Source: Deltaproteobacteria bacterium (GTDB taxonomy: Bacteria; Myxococcota; Kuafuiibacteriia; Kuafuiibacteriales; Kuafuiibacteriaceae). From it: DNA of 64,000 nucleotides. Made by a program: the position numbers and the translations under genes. The notes under the pieces were generated by a model. That model was not told the origin of the DNA. It made no database searches and was given only the letters and a program-made list of their open reading frames with translations. Of this stretch, positions 19,216-29,483 are shown piece after piece. Position 1 is the stretch's first letter, and each line of letters opens with the position of its first letter. Location of the stretch: positions 192,001 to 256,000 of the forward strand of contig JAVJQW010000043.1 in NCBI GenBank assembly GCA_040218735.1, in the 5' to 3' direction.

Positions 19216-21358
19216 CCTCGGCCGTGCGTGCGGTGTCGCCGGCCGTCGGTGCCTGCGGCGCCGAGTAGCGCGCGTACACCAGCGAACCCAACGCTGCGAT
19301 CACGATGAGCAACACGACGATCGCGATCGGATAGAACGAGCTCTTCTTCGGCGGCGGCGCCATCCCCGGGAGGATCGACGTCGGCTTGTACGCCGCGGGG
19401 GCGCCGTCGGCCGTCGCACCCTGGTCGCTCGACACCCGCACCTGTGGGAGCCGCGGCACACTCGGGACAGAGGTCGGGACCGTCGGCTGCATGGGATCCG
19501 CCGTGTCCTCGTCGTCGGGGACCGGCGCGGTCTCCTCCGCGAGGTCGTGGTCGAGCACCGGCCGCGTCGCGGGCAGCAACGACTCCGGCGGCGCCATCGG
19601 CTCGAGCGCGACCACGGGCGGGAGCGGACTCCCCGGAACGATCGGCGCGATCGCGTCCTCCGGGAGCTCGACGTCCGCGGGGAGGTCGACGTCCTCCGGG
19701 AGCATGGTGTCGTCCGCGTCGTTCGGGGGCTCCGTCGCCACCGATGACGTGTCGAGCTTCTCGCCCACGACGACCTGCGGCCGGTGGTCGAAGCCCAGCT
19801 CCGCGGAGAGCTGATCCGGGTTGATGGTCAGCAGCGCCGGATCGACGTCCGGCTCCATCCGGAAGTCGACCTGCGTCGGCCCCGCTTCGTCGACGATCGG
19901 ACCGTCGCCGGGGCGCGCCGGCTCGTACAACATGTCCGAGTCCGTCGGTGCGTCGATCGCCGGCCGCACCACCGCTTCCACGCCGATGTCGGGCGTCACC
20001 ACGAGATCCGACGTGTCGACCTTGCCCGTCTCGCGATCCCGCACGATCCACGTGGACTGCACGGGATTGCGACCGGTGTCGTCGAGCGCGACCGGCTGCG
20101 TACCGCGGTGATCTTCGACGAGGTGCGCCTCGGGGTGGAGCGAGTCGGGATCGACGGTCTCGGCCGCGCCCCACGTCGAGCCCCACTCCTCGTGCTCGTC
20201 GGCGCCGAGCGTCGGAAACGCGTCGTCCGAAGTGAGCACCGGGACGTCCGGCGGGGTCGGCCGCTCGGCGCGCGCCGCCGCGATCAGCTCCGCTTCGCTC
20301 GGACCGTCGGTGCCGTCGAGGAGCGTGTGGTTGGTCGGCGCGGAGTGGAACCCGTCCTCGTCGATCTGCGCGGAGGAGAGGCCGCGCGGCGCGGTCGACG
20401 ACAGTCGCGGCAGCACCCCTCCGGGCATCGGCATGAGGCCGAGCTCCAGCGCCTCGATCGCGTGCACTACCTCGGCCGCCGACTGCGGACGATCCTCCGG
20501 GTGTTTCGTCATCATCTTCGCGACGAGGTGTTCGAGCCCGCGGCTCGGTGGTGCGACCGGCGCCGGCGAGGTGATGTGCTGCACCATCACCTCGGCGCGT
20601 GAGTTGCCGGTGAACGGGACGGAGCCCGAGAGCATCTCGTACACCACGCAGCCGAGCGCGTAGAGATCCGCGGTCGGACCGACGCTCGGATCCTGCGTCT
20701 GCTCCGGAGCCATGTACGCCGGCGTGCCGATGATGTGACCGATCGTCGTGAGGCGCTCCTGCACCGGGATCGCGCGGAGGCTCACCGCGCCGAAGTCGAG
20801 GATCTTCACGAACTCGCCGTCGTAGACGTCGGTCTTGAGGAGCATGATGTTCGACGGCTTCACGTCGCGGTGCACGAAGCCGAGCTCGTGCGCGGCGTGA
20901 AGACCGGCCGCGACCTGACGCACGATCCCCGCGACGCGCGTCGGCGACATCGGCGCTTCGGTGGAGATGACGTCCTCGAGCGTGCGCCCGCGGACGAGCT
21001 CCATCGCGAGGAAGGTGAGGCCGTTCGACGTGGTGCCGAAGTCTTCGACCTGCACGATGTTCGGGTGGCGGATCTTGCTGATCGATTGCGCTTCGCGTTT
21101 GAAGCGCGCGCGGAACTTCTCGTCGCCCGCGAAGTCGCCGTACAGGACCTTGATCGCGTAGTCCCGGTCGATCACGGCGTGCTTGGCCGCGTAGACGCAG
21201 CCCATGCCGCCCACGCCGAGGCGCTCGACGATCTCGTAACGCTCGATCGCATTACCCACGAGGGGGTCCTGCTCCGTTTGGACCAGCGCCTCCCCGTCGA
21301 TCCCACACCACGGCACGTTAGCCATGTAGACCGAGCCACAACGCGGACAGACCCGCAC
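19199..21358 (-). CDS. Ser/Thr protein kinase with N-terminal Zn-ribbon, acidic/Pro-rich linker and C-terminal TM
   Basis: CPRC..C, LGVGGMGCVY, HRDVKPSN, DFG, GTPAYMAPE and TM IAIVVLLIVIAALGSLVY. Start is uncertain (21358 or 21409). Confidence 0.9.
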   Translation of the reverse strand: MRVCPRCGSVYMANVPWCGIDGEALVQTEQDPLVGNAIERYEIVERLGVGGMGCVYAAKHAVIDRDYAIKVLYGDFAGDEKFRARFKREAQSISKIRHPNIVQVEDFGTTSNGLTFLAMELVRGRTLEDVISTEAPMSPTRVAGIVRQVAAGLHAAHELGFVHRDVKPSNIMLLKTDVYDGEFVKILDFGAVSLRAIPVQERLTTIGHIIGTPAYMAPEQTQDPSVGPTADLYALGCVVYEMLSGSVPFTGNSRAEVMVQHITSPAPVAPPSRGLEHLVAKMMTKHPEDRPQSAAEVVHAIEALELGLMPMPGGVLPRLSSTAPRGLSSAQIDEDGFHSAPTNHTLLDGTDGPSEAELIAAARAERPTPPDVPVLTSDDAFPTLGADEHEEWGSTWGAAETVDPDSLHPEAHLVEDHRGTQPVALDDTGRNPVQSTWIVRDRETGKVDTSDLVVTPDIGVEAVVRPAIDAPTDSDMLYEPARPGDGPIVDEAGPTQVDFRMEPDVDPALLTINPDQLSAELGFDHRPQVVVGEKLDTSSVATEPPNDADDTMLPEDVDLPADVELPEDAIAPIVPGSPLPPVVALEPMAPPESLLPATRPVLDHDLAEETAPVPDDEDTADPMQPTVPTSVPSVPRLPQVRVSSDQGATADGAPAAYKPTSILPGMAPPPKKSSFYPIAIVVLLIVIAALGSLVYARYSAPQAPTAGDTARTAEVTDDS

Positions 21359-21456
21359 CTGGTGAGCTTGCCCCCCTTCGGCGCTCCGTACCAGCCCGGG
21401 GTCCCCCAACGTCCTACCTTGTTGCCCATGCCGCAGCGCGGGTACAAGCCCGCCCC

Positions 21457-22710
21457 GTGCCCCTGAGGATCGCCGCCGTCGCCTACACCCACTACGAGTC
21501 GGATCCGCGGGTGAAACGCGAGGCCGAGGCGTTGGCCGCCCGGGGCGACGACGTCACCGTCTTCGCGCTCGCCTCCGAGGGGCGCCCGGCCGAGGCGACC
21601 GAGAACGGGGTGAAGGTCGTCCGCCTCGCCATGCCGCGTTATCGGGGCGGGGCCGCGGCGCAGTACGTCGCGTCCTACGGCGCGTTCATGGCGCGCGTGC
21701 ACCTGCCGCTGATCGCCGCGCACCTGAAGGAGCGCTTCGACGTCGTGCACATCCACACCATGCCGGACGCGATGGTGTTCTGCGCGCTCGTGCCGCGCCT
21801 GTCCGGCGCGAAGGTCGTCCTCGACATGCACGACCTCATGCCCGACCTGTTCCGCGTGAAGTTCGAGGGGCGTGTCGGCGACGCCGTCGGCACCGCGCTC
21901 GAGCTCGTGCAGCAAGCCGCGACGACGTTCGCCGACGCGGTGATCGCCGTGCACGAGAACCAATACGAGCTGCTCCTCGACGCGGGGGTGCCGGCGCACA
22001 AACTCGCGATCGTGATGAACGCCGCCGACCCCACGCTGTTCCCGCCGCGGAAGAAGGAGCCGCGCGTGAAGGACGAGGTTCGCGTCATCTATCACGGCAC
22101 CGTCCTGCACCGGTACGGCTGCGACCTCGCGGTGCGTGCGTTCGCGAAGGCCCACGCCCAGGAGCCGAAGCTCACGATGCGGATGCTCGGCGGCGGGGAC
22201 TACGTCGGCGACGTCCGCGCGCTCGCGGACTCCCTCGGTCTCTCAGAGCCGGCGTTCTCGATGAGCGGTGCGCACGTCCCGCTCGAAGAGATCGCGGCGG
22301 CGATCCGGGACGCACACATCGGTCTGATCCCGAACCGCGACGACCACGTCGATTCGGTTCTTCCGACCAAGCTGCTCGAATACGTCGCGGTCGGAATCCC
22401 CGCGGTCGCAGCGAACACCCGAACGATCGGGCGCTTCTTCGACGGCGACACCGTCGAGATGTTCGAGGTCGGCGACGTCGACGCGATGGCCGAAGCCTTG
22501 GTGCGGCTCGCGCGGGACGGGGCGCGGCGCAAGGCGCTGGTCGCCGCAGGGCGCGCCTGGGAGGCGGAGTACGGCTGGGACGTGAACCGCCAGCACCTGC
22601 TCCGGACGATGGATGCGCTCTGCTACGAGAAGATCGCCGCGGAGCGCAAAGCGCGCCAAAAGGCGAAGGAAGGCAAGAAGACCGGGACGATCCAGACCCC
22701 GGCCAAGTAA
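21457..22710 (+). CDS. Glycosyltransferase family 4
   Basis: DPRVKREAEALAARG, HIHTMPD, LDMHDLMP and LPTKLLEYVAVGIP. Confidence 0.9.
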   Translation: MPLRIAAVAYTHYESDPRVKREAEALAARGDDVTVFALASEGRPAEATENGVKVVRLAMPRYRGGAAAQYVASYGAFMARVHLPLIAAHLKERFDVVHIHTMPDAMVFCALVPRLSGAKVVLDMHDLMPDLFRVKFEGRVGDAVGTALELVQQAATTFADAVIAVHENQYELLLDAGVPAHKLAIVMNAADPTLFPPRKKEPRVKDEVRVIYHGTVLHRYGCDLAVRAFAKAHAQEPKLTMRMLGGGDYVGDVRALADSLGLSEPAFSMSGAHVPLEEIAAAIRDAHIGLIPNRDDHVDSVLPTKLLEYVAVGIPAVAANTRTIGRFFDGDTVEMFEVGDVDAMAEALVRLARDGARRKALVAAGRAWEAEYGWDVNRQHLLRTMDALCYEKIAAERKARQKAKEGKKTGTIQTPAK

Positions 22711-22769
22711 CGCACCTCGTCAGGTTTGGGATTGCTCCGGACCTCCGCGGCGGCTATTCACCCCCCGAG

Positions 22770-24905
22770 ATGCTCACGGCCTACTCGGACCTGAAGCCGA
22801 TCCTGTTCACGCTGTTCTTCGCGGCGGCCATGGGGGCGTTCTCGTACTCCGTCTGGCGCATGGCGCGGCTCGCGCGCCTCGGCAAGGACATCGAAGGGCT
22901 CTTCGACGACCCGGTCGATCGCTTCGGGAAGGTCATCTACCTCGTCTTCTTCCAGCGCAAGGTCGTGCAGGAGAAGTTCGGCTGGAACCACGTCGTCTTC
23001 TTCTGGGGCTTCATGATCATCACCGTCGGGCACGCCGAGTTCTTCATGCGCGGCATGATCCCGTCGTTCTCGCTCGGCTTCCTCGGCGACACCGTCTACG
23101 GCGCCATACTGTTCGGCGGTGACCTCATGGCGTTCGTCGTCATGTTCGCGGTGGGCGTCGCGCTGTTCCGCCGCCTCGTCATCCGGCCCAACCACATCCA
23201 CTACATGTCGGTCGATGGCTTCCGGATCCTCGGCCTCATCTTCTGGGTGATGTTCACGTACTTCCTCGCCACCTCGTTCGGCCTCCGCGGCGGACACCCG
23301 GACGTCGCGAACCACAGCGGGCCGCTGGTCATCTCGAGCTGGATCTCGGGGGTGTGGTCGAGCGTCCCGCAGGAGCGCGCGGCGACGCTCTGGTACGAGC
23401 TGTTCTGGTGGGCGCACGCGGTCGTGCTGCTCACCTTCCTCAACGTGATCCCGCACTCCAAGCACATCCACCTGCTCGGCGCGATCCCGAACATCTACGT
23501 CCACAAGCGCAAGAAACACAAAGCGGAGCTCACGCGGATCGACTTCGAGACGGCCGAGACCTACGGCAACGGTCGCGCGGTCGACTTCACGTGGAAAGCG
23601 CTGCTCGACACGTACGCGTGCACGGAGTGCGGTCGCTGCGACAAGTACTGCCCGGCGCGCCGCACCGGCAAACCGCTCGAGCCGCAGACGGTCATCCACG
23701 AGATCCGCCACAACCTCTACGCGAACGGCGATCCGCTCCTGAAGGAGCGCGGCATCTTCGCGTTCGACCAGGCGCCGGACGACTTCGCCCCCGAGCTCCC
23801 GCTGATCGCGGAGAGCGAAGAGGTGAAGCAGTACGGGCAGACGTCGCCCGAGGTGCTGTGGGCGTGCACGAGCTGCGGCGCGTGTGTGAACGCGTGCCCG
23901 GTGCTGATCGATCACGTCGACGCGATCATGGACATGCGCCGGCACATGACCCTCATGGAGGGCAACATCTCGCCGGAGCTCGCGACGACGTTCAAGAACA
24001 TCGAGAACAACTACAACCCGTGGGGCATCGGTCACGACAAACGCGCGGACTGGGCGGAGGACCTCGGGCTGAAGTACTGGGGCGGCAGCGACTCTGCGAA
24101 CGAGTTCGAGTACCTGTTCTGGGTCGGCTGCGCCGGCAGCTACGACAACCGCGCGCAGAAGACGATGAAGGCGTTGACCAAGGTGCTCGACGCCGGCGGC
24201 GTCTCGTACGCGATCCTCGGGCAGCACGAGAAGTGCACCGGTGATTCGTTGCGCCGCACCGGCAATGAGTACGCGTTCGACGCGCTCGCGCAGGAGAACG
24301 TGCAGACGCTCAACGACTTCGGCGTGAAGAAGATCGTGACGGCGTGCCCGCACTGCTTCAACACGCTCCGCAACGAGTACCCCGCGTTCGGCGGGCACTA
24401 CGAGGTGCTGCACCACTCGCAGCTGATCGCCGAGCTCCTCGACGCCGGCCGCATCAAGGTCGACGACGAGACCGCCAAGCGCGTGACCTTCCACGACCCG
24501 TGTTTCCTCGGGCGCTGGAATGACGAGACCGAGGCCCCCCGCAAGACCCTCGCCGCGATTCGCCGGCTGAACGTCGTCGAGATGGAGGAGTCCAAGGAGA
24601 AGTCGTTCTGCTGCGGCGCGGGCGGCGGTCAGATGTGGATGGAGGAGCACACCGGCAAGCGCGTGAACATCGAGCGCACCGAGCAGGCGCTCGCCGTCGA
24701 GCCCGACATCATCGCCGTCGGTTGCCCGTTCTGCATGACGATGATCGAGGACGGCGTGAAGTCGTTCGACCGCGAGGGCGACGTGCAGGTCCTCGACCTC
24801 GCCGAGGTCGTCGCGGACGCGCTCGTGCCGATGCCGTCGAAGAAGGCGGCGCCGAAGGACCCCGAGCCTCCGCAGGAGGTCGAGGTCCCGGCTTCCGTGA
24901 CCTAG
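22770..24905 (+). CDS. Membrane Fe-S oxidoreductase (FadF/HdrD-like)
   Basis: N-terminal TM helices, two 4Fe-4S motifs (CTECGRCDKYCP, CTSCGACVNACP) and CCG domains (TACPHC, HDPC, CCGAGGG, CPFC). Confidence 0.92.
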   Translation: MLTAYSDLKPILFTLFFAAAMGAFSYSVWRMARLARLGKDIEGLFDDPVDRFGKVIYLVFFQRKVVQEKFGWNHVVFFWGFMIITVGHAEFFMRGMIPSFSLGFLGDTVYGAILFGGDLMAFVVMFAVGVALFRRLVIRPNHIHYMSVDGFRILGLIFWVMFTYFLATSFGLRGGHPDVANHSGPLVISSWISGVWSSVPQERAATLWYELFWWAHAVVLLTFLNVIPHSKHIHLLGAIPNIYVHKRKKHKAELTRIDFETAETYGNGRAVDFTWKALLDTYACTECGRCDKYCPARRTGKPLEPQTVIHEIRHNLYANGDPLLKERGIFAFDQAPDDFAPELPLIAESEEVKQYGQTSPEVLWACTSCGACVNACPVLIDHVDAIMDMRRHMTLMEGNISPELATTFKNIENNYNPWGIGHDKRADWAEDLGLKYWGGSDSANEFEYLFWVGCAGSYDNRAQKTMKALTKVLDAGGVSYAILGQHEKCTGDSLRRTGNEYAFDALAQENVQTLNDFGVKKIVTACPHCFNTLRNEYPAFGGHYEVLHHSQLIAELLDAGRIKVDDETAKRVTFHDPCFLGRWNDETEAPRKTLAAIRRLNVVEMEESKEKSFCCGAGGGQMWMEEHTGKRVNIERTEQALAVEPDIIAVGCPFCMTMIEDGVKSFDREGDVQVLDLAEVVADALVPMPSKKAAPKDPEPPQEVEVPASVT

Positions 24906-24912
24906 GAGGCCG

Positions 24913-25257
24913 TCAGGCCTTCGTCGCGATGCGCTCGTCGAGGGCGGCCTCCAGGGTCGCCTTCGGCACGGCACCGACGATCTGCTTCACCGGCGTACCG
25001 CCGTCGAACACCAACAGCGTCGGCAGCCCCGACACGTGGTACCTCGACGCGATCTCCGGGTTCGCGTCCGCGTCGATCTTCGCGACGTAGGCGCGGCCTT
25101 CGTACGCCTCCGCGATCGACTCCAGCGCCGGCGCGATCGCGCGGCAGGGCGCGCACCACGTCGCCCAGAAATCGACGAGCACCGGGCGGTCGGCGTTCAA
25201 CACCGCCGCCTCGAAGTTGTTCGTGTCCACGTGCAGGGTTTTGTTCGTCAAAGTCAT
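24913..25257 (-). CDS. trxA: Thioredoxin
   Basis: PVLVDFWATWCAPCR and GLPTLL. GGAGG SD upstream of the ATG. Confidence 0.93.
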   Translation of the reverse strand: MTLTNKTLHVDTNNFEAAVLNADRPVLVDFWATWCAPCRAIAPALESIAEAYEGRAYVAKIDADANPEIASRYHVSGLPTLLVFDGGTPVKQIVGAVPKATLEAALDERIATKA

Positions 25258-25300
25258 CAACCTCCGAGGACGGAGGTCGTGAGCGGGCGGATCATTACAC

Positions 25301-25855
25301 TCAGCCGATCATGCACTGATACAGCGCCTTCTTCGCGCGGTGGAGCAGCACGGCGACGTGGCCGGGCGTGAGGTCGAGCGCTGCGGCGGCCTCGGTGCCG
25401 CTGAGCTCCTCGAGCATTCGCAGGTGGACGACGTTGCGTTGGACGTCGCCCAGTTTGTTCACGCAGCCGACGAGGCGCACGTGGTCCTCGGCTTCCAGCA
25501 CCAGGGCCTCGGCGTCGGGGAGGGCGTCGGCGACCGCGGTGTCTTCGATGGCTTCGTGTGGTTTCGACCGGTGGTGCCGCCGCCGCATGTTCCGCGCCGC
25601 GTTCCTCACGATCACACGCATCAAGGCGCGGCTGTCGTCGGGGGCGCCCACCAGCTCGCGCGCCTGCGGGAGGCCGAGGAAGGTGTGGAACGCCTCCTGG
25701 ACCGCGTCGAGCGCCTCGTCCGCGGTGAGGCCCTCGCTGCGGGCGACCTGCGCGAGCGCAGTGGTGTGTTCGCGGGCGAGGGTGGTCACCCACCCGGTGA
25801 AGGTGATCGAGCTTTCGGATTCGACGTGCACGGGTCCGTAGGTAGAGGTCGCCAT
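25301..25855 (-). CDS. ECF-type RNA polymerase sigma factor
   Basis: sigma2 (ALDAVQEAF, IVRNAARNMRRR) and sigma4 (EELSGTEAAAALDLTPGHVAVLLHRAKKAL). Confidence 0.88.
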   Translation of the reverse strand: MATSTYGPVHVESESSITFTGWVTTLAREHTTALAQVARSEGLTADEALDAVQEAFHTFLGLPQARELVGAPDDSRALMRVIVRNAARNMRRRHHRSKPHEAIEDTAVADALPDAEALVLEAEDHVRLVGCVNKLGDVQRNVVHLRMLEELSGTEAAAALDLTPGHVAVLLHRAKKALYQCMIG

Positions 25856-25866
25856 CCGCCCTGAAA

Positions 25867-26853
25867 TTACAAGGGCAGCGATCGTCTTGGGCGCAGGGTC
25901 ACGACGATGGGCCAGTGGTCCGTCACCCGGATCCCCTCATGGCGTTGGGACAGCGTCTGCGCGGCGATCGGCTCGAGGTCTCGGGACGTGAGCACCCAGT
26001 CGATCCGCACGGCGTCTACGAAGCACTCCGACTTCGGGCACAGCATCCGCGCGGGGTTATCAGGCTGGAGCACGGCTTGGGCGTCGACGTACCGGGCGAT
26101 GAAGTGCGCGTAGGTACCGGACCGAAAGGGCGCGGCCCACGCGGGGGCCTCGTCCCATGTCGCTTCGGTGAAGGGGAGGGCGTTGAAGTCTCCGGTGAGG
26201 ACGACGCTGCGTCCTGGGTAGCGTGTCCGCAGTCGGCCGGTGAGGATCCGCGCCGAGGCCTCGTTGACCCGACGGTCGCCGTCGAAGTGGGTGTTGCAGA
26301 ACACGAGCTGTCGGCCGTCGTGTTCGCGCAAGAGGGCGCAGCTGACGGAGCGCGGTCCGTGTCCGGGGACCGCGCGCGGGAGGTCGTCGGAGCGCGGGAC
26401 ATCCGGGGTCGTGCTGAGCCAGAAGTGGTGCGCTTCGACCAGCGCGTAGCGGTCCTTCCTGAAGAACAGGAGCGAGTCGTGCTGCTCGGGCGCGAGCTTC
26501 GTGGCGACGGAGACGCCCGTGTACGCGGGGAGCGCGGCTTCGAGATCGTCGGCTTGGCGCCGGGTGGCCTCTTGTGTGCCGACGAGGTCGGCGTTCGCCG
26601 ACGCGATGATCGCGATGGCGCCCGCGCGCCGGTGCGCCCAGGTCGCCGCGCCCGTGACGTCGGGATCGTCCCAGCGGACGTTGAAGGTCAGGACGGTGGT
26701 CGTCGGCGCCGCGCGCGCCGCCGTGACGCGTGGCGTGCTGACGTCTGCGGCGTAGGAGGCTGGCCTCGCGTACAGGACGTCGTCGGCGGTGCTTTGCGCG
26801 CGGGGCGCGGGGCCGCACGCGACGAGCGCGGTGAGGACGAAGAGGCGACGCAC
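25867..26853 (-). CDS. Endonuclease/exonuclease/phosphatase family lipoprotein
   Basis: Lipobox LVAC, plus TFNVR, GTQE, NTHFD, GDFN, IDWV and TDHWP. Confidence 0.9.
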   Translation of the reverse strand: MRRLFVLTALVACGPAPRAQSTADDVLYARPASYAADVSTPRVTAARAAPTTTVLTFNVRWDDPDVTGAATWAHRRAGAIAIIASANADLVGTQEATRRQADDLEAALPAYTGVSVATKLAPEQHDSLLFFRKDRYALVEAHHFWLSTTPDVPRSDDLPRAVPGHGPRSVSCALLREHDGRQLVFCNTHFDGDRRVNEASARILTGRLRTRYPGRSVVLTGDFNALPFTEATWDEAPAWAAPFRSGTYAHFIARYVDAQAVLQPDNPARMLCPKSECFVDAVRIDWVLTSRDLEPIAAQTLSQRHEGIRVTDHWPIVVTLRPRRSLPL

Positions 26854-27155
26854 GCCCCCGCCAAGAGCAAGGGCCTCGCCACCGCCGGCCGGTCCTCAAT
26901 GGATTTCAGTCGCAGTGGGATCACCGCTGGAACCGGCGAGTTGGCTGTTCTGTGGGCTCCCCAAAGAAATTCGGCGTTGTTCGGCCGGGCGAAGGTTCGT
27001 CCGAGCGTCCGCCGATTCGTCCGAAATCCGAACGCACGGCGCTTCGTCATCGCGGGCCGCCACGACGGGTTTCGAGCGCGGTTCGAGAATACGTCGACTC
27101 CGCTGTTCTCGTACGAGGATGGGCGGCTCACTCCAGGAATGTTATCCGGTCGCCC

Positions 27156-27791
27156 GTGTCGCTCCTGTCGGTCCTGCTCGCGAGGCTCGACCCCGACGCC
27201 GACGCACGTCGTGTCGCACGTGTCTTGGCCGGCGACGCGCGCGAGACCGACGCGCTCGTGGATCAGCTGATGGGTCCGATCCAGCGGCGCGTCGCCTGGG
27301 TGCTCAGCAAGGGGAGGCGGTCGGCCAGTCGCAACGACGTCCTCGACTACACCCAAGACGTCCTCGTGAAGCTCTTCGAGGACGACCACCGGATCCTGCG
27401 GTCGTGGTCCCCGGACAAGGGGGCGTCCTTGGAGTCCTTCGTGCAGCTCGTGGCGCAGCGCTTGGTGCTCTCGTCGCTCCGCAGCGGGCGAAAGAGCGGC
27501 TGGGCCGAGGATCCGACGCTCAACGAAGATCTCGAGCGACAGGTTTCGACGACTGACGTCGAACAGCAGGCATGGAGCAAGGACACGCTGCACACCATCC
27601 TCGATCGTATGGAGGCGGAGCTGACCCCGCGCAGCTGGGCGTTGTTCCGCGCGCTCTTCGTGGAGGAGCAGGAGCCGGCTGAGGTCGCCAAGAAACACGA
27701 CATGAGCCTCAACGCCCTCTACTCCTGGCGGAGCCGCTTTCGCACGCAAGCGCGGGCCTGGGCCGAGAAGGGCGAAGGGACGGATTCATGA
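27156..27791 (+). CDS. ECF-type RNA polymerase sigma factor
   Basis: DVLDYTQDVLVKLF..LRSW.P.KGASLESFV and the sigma4 segment EVAKKHDMSLNALYSWRSR. The GTG start at 27156 is inferred. Confidence 0.85.
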   Translation: MSLLSVLLARLDPDADARRVARVLAGDARETDALVDQLMGPIQRRVAWVLSKGRRSASRNDVLDYTQDVLVKLFEDDHRILRSWSPDKGASLESFVQLVAQRLVLSSLRSGRKSGWAEDPTLNEDLERQVSTTDVEQQAWSKDTLHTILDRMEAELTPRSWALFRALFVEEQEPAEVAKKHDMSLNALYSWRSRFRTQARAWAEKGEGTDS

Positions 27792-28444
27792 GCTCGGACG
27801 ACGACCTCGAGGCGCTCGCGCGTCTCAGCCGCGAACGCGACGCGGAGCGCGACGCGTGGGAGGCCGACGCCGCCAACGCGCCGGACCTGCTGGCCCCGCT
27901 CACGGATCTCGAGCGCCAGCGGATCAAGAACGCCGTGCGCGCCGGTCGCGCGCCGGCCTCGCGCCGGAGGGTGTGGGCGGGCGTCGCGGGCGTCGTCGCG
28001 ATCGCTGCGGCGATCCTCCTCGCGCTGCGGCTCGGTCCGCAGGGTGCCGCCGTACCGGAGTATGGGTTCGAGCTGAGATCACAAGGCTTCTCGGAGGTCC
28101 GGAGCGCCACCGTCGCGGACGCGTGGACCTACGCCGACGGGATGACCGTGGACATCGTGCTCCGCCCCGTGAGCGCGGCGCCCGGGAGCACGTGGGCCGC
28201 GGTGTACCGACGTGACGGCGCGGCGGTGACCCGTTTGGACTGGACGCCGGTGCGCTCCGAAGGTGGGAGCCTCCGCTTCAAGGGCGCGGTCGGTGCTCAG
28301 CTGAAGCTGCCGACCGGGGCGTCGCAGCTCGTGTTCGTGGTGGGGGCGCGTGACGTGGTCGAGCGGTGGGATCCGAAGAGCGACGTCGACGTGCAGGTGT
28401 TCGAACGGGTGATGACGGTGCGGGAGGGAGATGCTCGTGAGTAG
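27788..28444 (+). CDS. Putative single-pass membrane anti-sigma factor
   Basis: ATGA overlap with the sigma gene. Short cytoplasmic N-terminus, TM VWAGVAGVVAIAAAILLAL, beta-rich C-terminal domain. Confidence 0.65.
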   Translation: MSSDDDLEALARLSRERDAERDAWEADAANAPDLLAPLTDLERQRIKNAVRAGRAPASRRRVWAGVAGVVAIAAAILLALRLGPQGAAVPEYGFELRSQGFSEVRSATVADAWTYADGMTVDIVLRPVSAAPGSTWAAVYRRDGAAVTRLDWTPVRSEGGSLRFKGAVGAQLKLPTGASQLVFVVGARDVVERWDPKSDVDVQVFERVMTVREGDARE

Positions 28445-29483
28445 AGGTGTCCGAACCAAGACGTGTGTACTCATCATCACCGCGGGGGTGCTCGCTGCGT
28501 GTTCGAGCAACACTCGGCTCCAGCGGATGAACCGGGAGGCCCCGGCGCCGATGCCGCGTGCCGACGATCGCGTCGAGCTCGACGAGCAGATGAAACTCAC
28601 CATCGTCCGCTTCGGGAAGTGCACGGCGACTCACGTGGGCCGTGGTTATTTCCTCACGGCGGGCCACTGCGTCCGTGAGGCGCGTGGGTTCGAAGGCCGC
28701 GACAGCTCACCTTGCCCTCACGCGCTCGCGTGGGGTGACGGTGAAGGCGGGGCGTGTCGGGTGGAGCTCTACCGCTTCGACGACGACCACGACTACGCGC
28801 TGCTGAGGTTGGCGGATCCCGAGCTGGCGGAGGACCTCCCGTTGGCGCCGATCGACTACCAGTTCAGCTGGAAGAAGGCGCGTCGCCGCCCGCTGACCGT
28901 GGCGGGTTATTCGAAGGGCACGGCGCAAGTCGACGAGACGTGCAACGGCCGGGTCGCCACGGGGAATTTGGTCAAACACGACTGCACGACCGAACCCGGT
29001 GACAGCGGTAGCGCGCTCGTCGACAGGGCGACTCAGCACGTCATCGGAGTTCACGGCGGCGCGTTGAACAACGGCGAAAACTACGGCTCGCCGGTCGAGC
29101 TCATCCCGTGGGCGGAGAGTTTGTGTGTGGCCGAGACCGCATCCAAACCCATCCCGATCGTCGCAGGCGAACGCCCGGTCACCTTCAAGGTCTCGACGTC
29201 CCACAAGGGCGGTGCGTTCGGACAGATCGCGATGACGCTGTCGGGCACGATGCAGACGCGGCAGCTCGACATTCGCATCTTCCACCCGCTCGGTGAGCTC
29301 CAGGTCGACACCAGCACCGCGGTGGAGTGGAAGGGTAACGATTGGGTATGGAATGACATGTACTTGCTCGCCGGCGACGACGAGCGAGTCGAAGGACCCT
29401 GGTCTGTCGAGATTTCGAGCAGCGGCAAGGGTGGGAAGGGGACGAAGGGTTATGTGCAGGGTAGAGTTCTGGTCTGTCCTTAG
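28431..29483 (+). CDS. Trypsin-like serine protease lipoprotein with C-terminal beta domain
   Basis: Lipobox LAAC. Catalytic triad motifs LTAGHC, DYALL and GDSGS. Confidence 0.9.
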   Translation: MLVSRGVRTKTCVLIITAGVLAACSSNTRLQRMNREAPAPMPRADDRVELDEQMKLTIVRFGKCTATHVGRGYFLTAGHCVREARGFEGRDSSPCPHALAWGDGEGGACRVELYRFDDDHDYALLRLADPELAEDLPLAPIDYQFSWKKARRRPLTVAGYSKGTAQVDETCNGRVATGNLVKHDCTTEPGDSGSALVDRATQHVIGVHGGALNNGENYGSPVELIPWAESLCVAETASKPIPIVAGERPVTFKVSTSHKGGAFGQIAMTLSGTMQTRQLDIRIFHPLGELQVDTSTAVEWKGNDWVWNDMYLLAGDDERVEGPWSVEISSSGKGGKGTKGYVQGRVLVCP

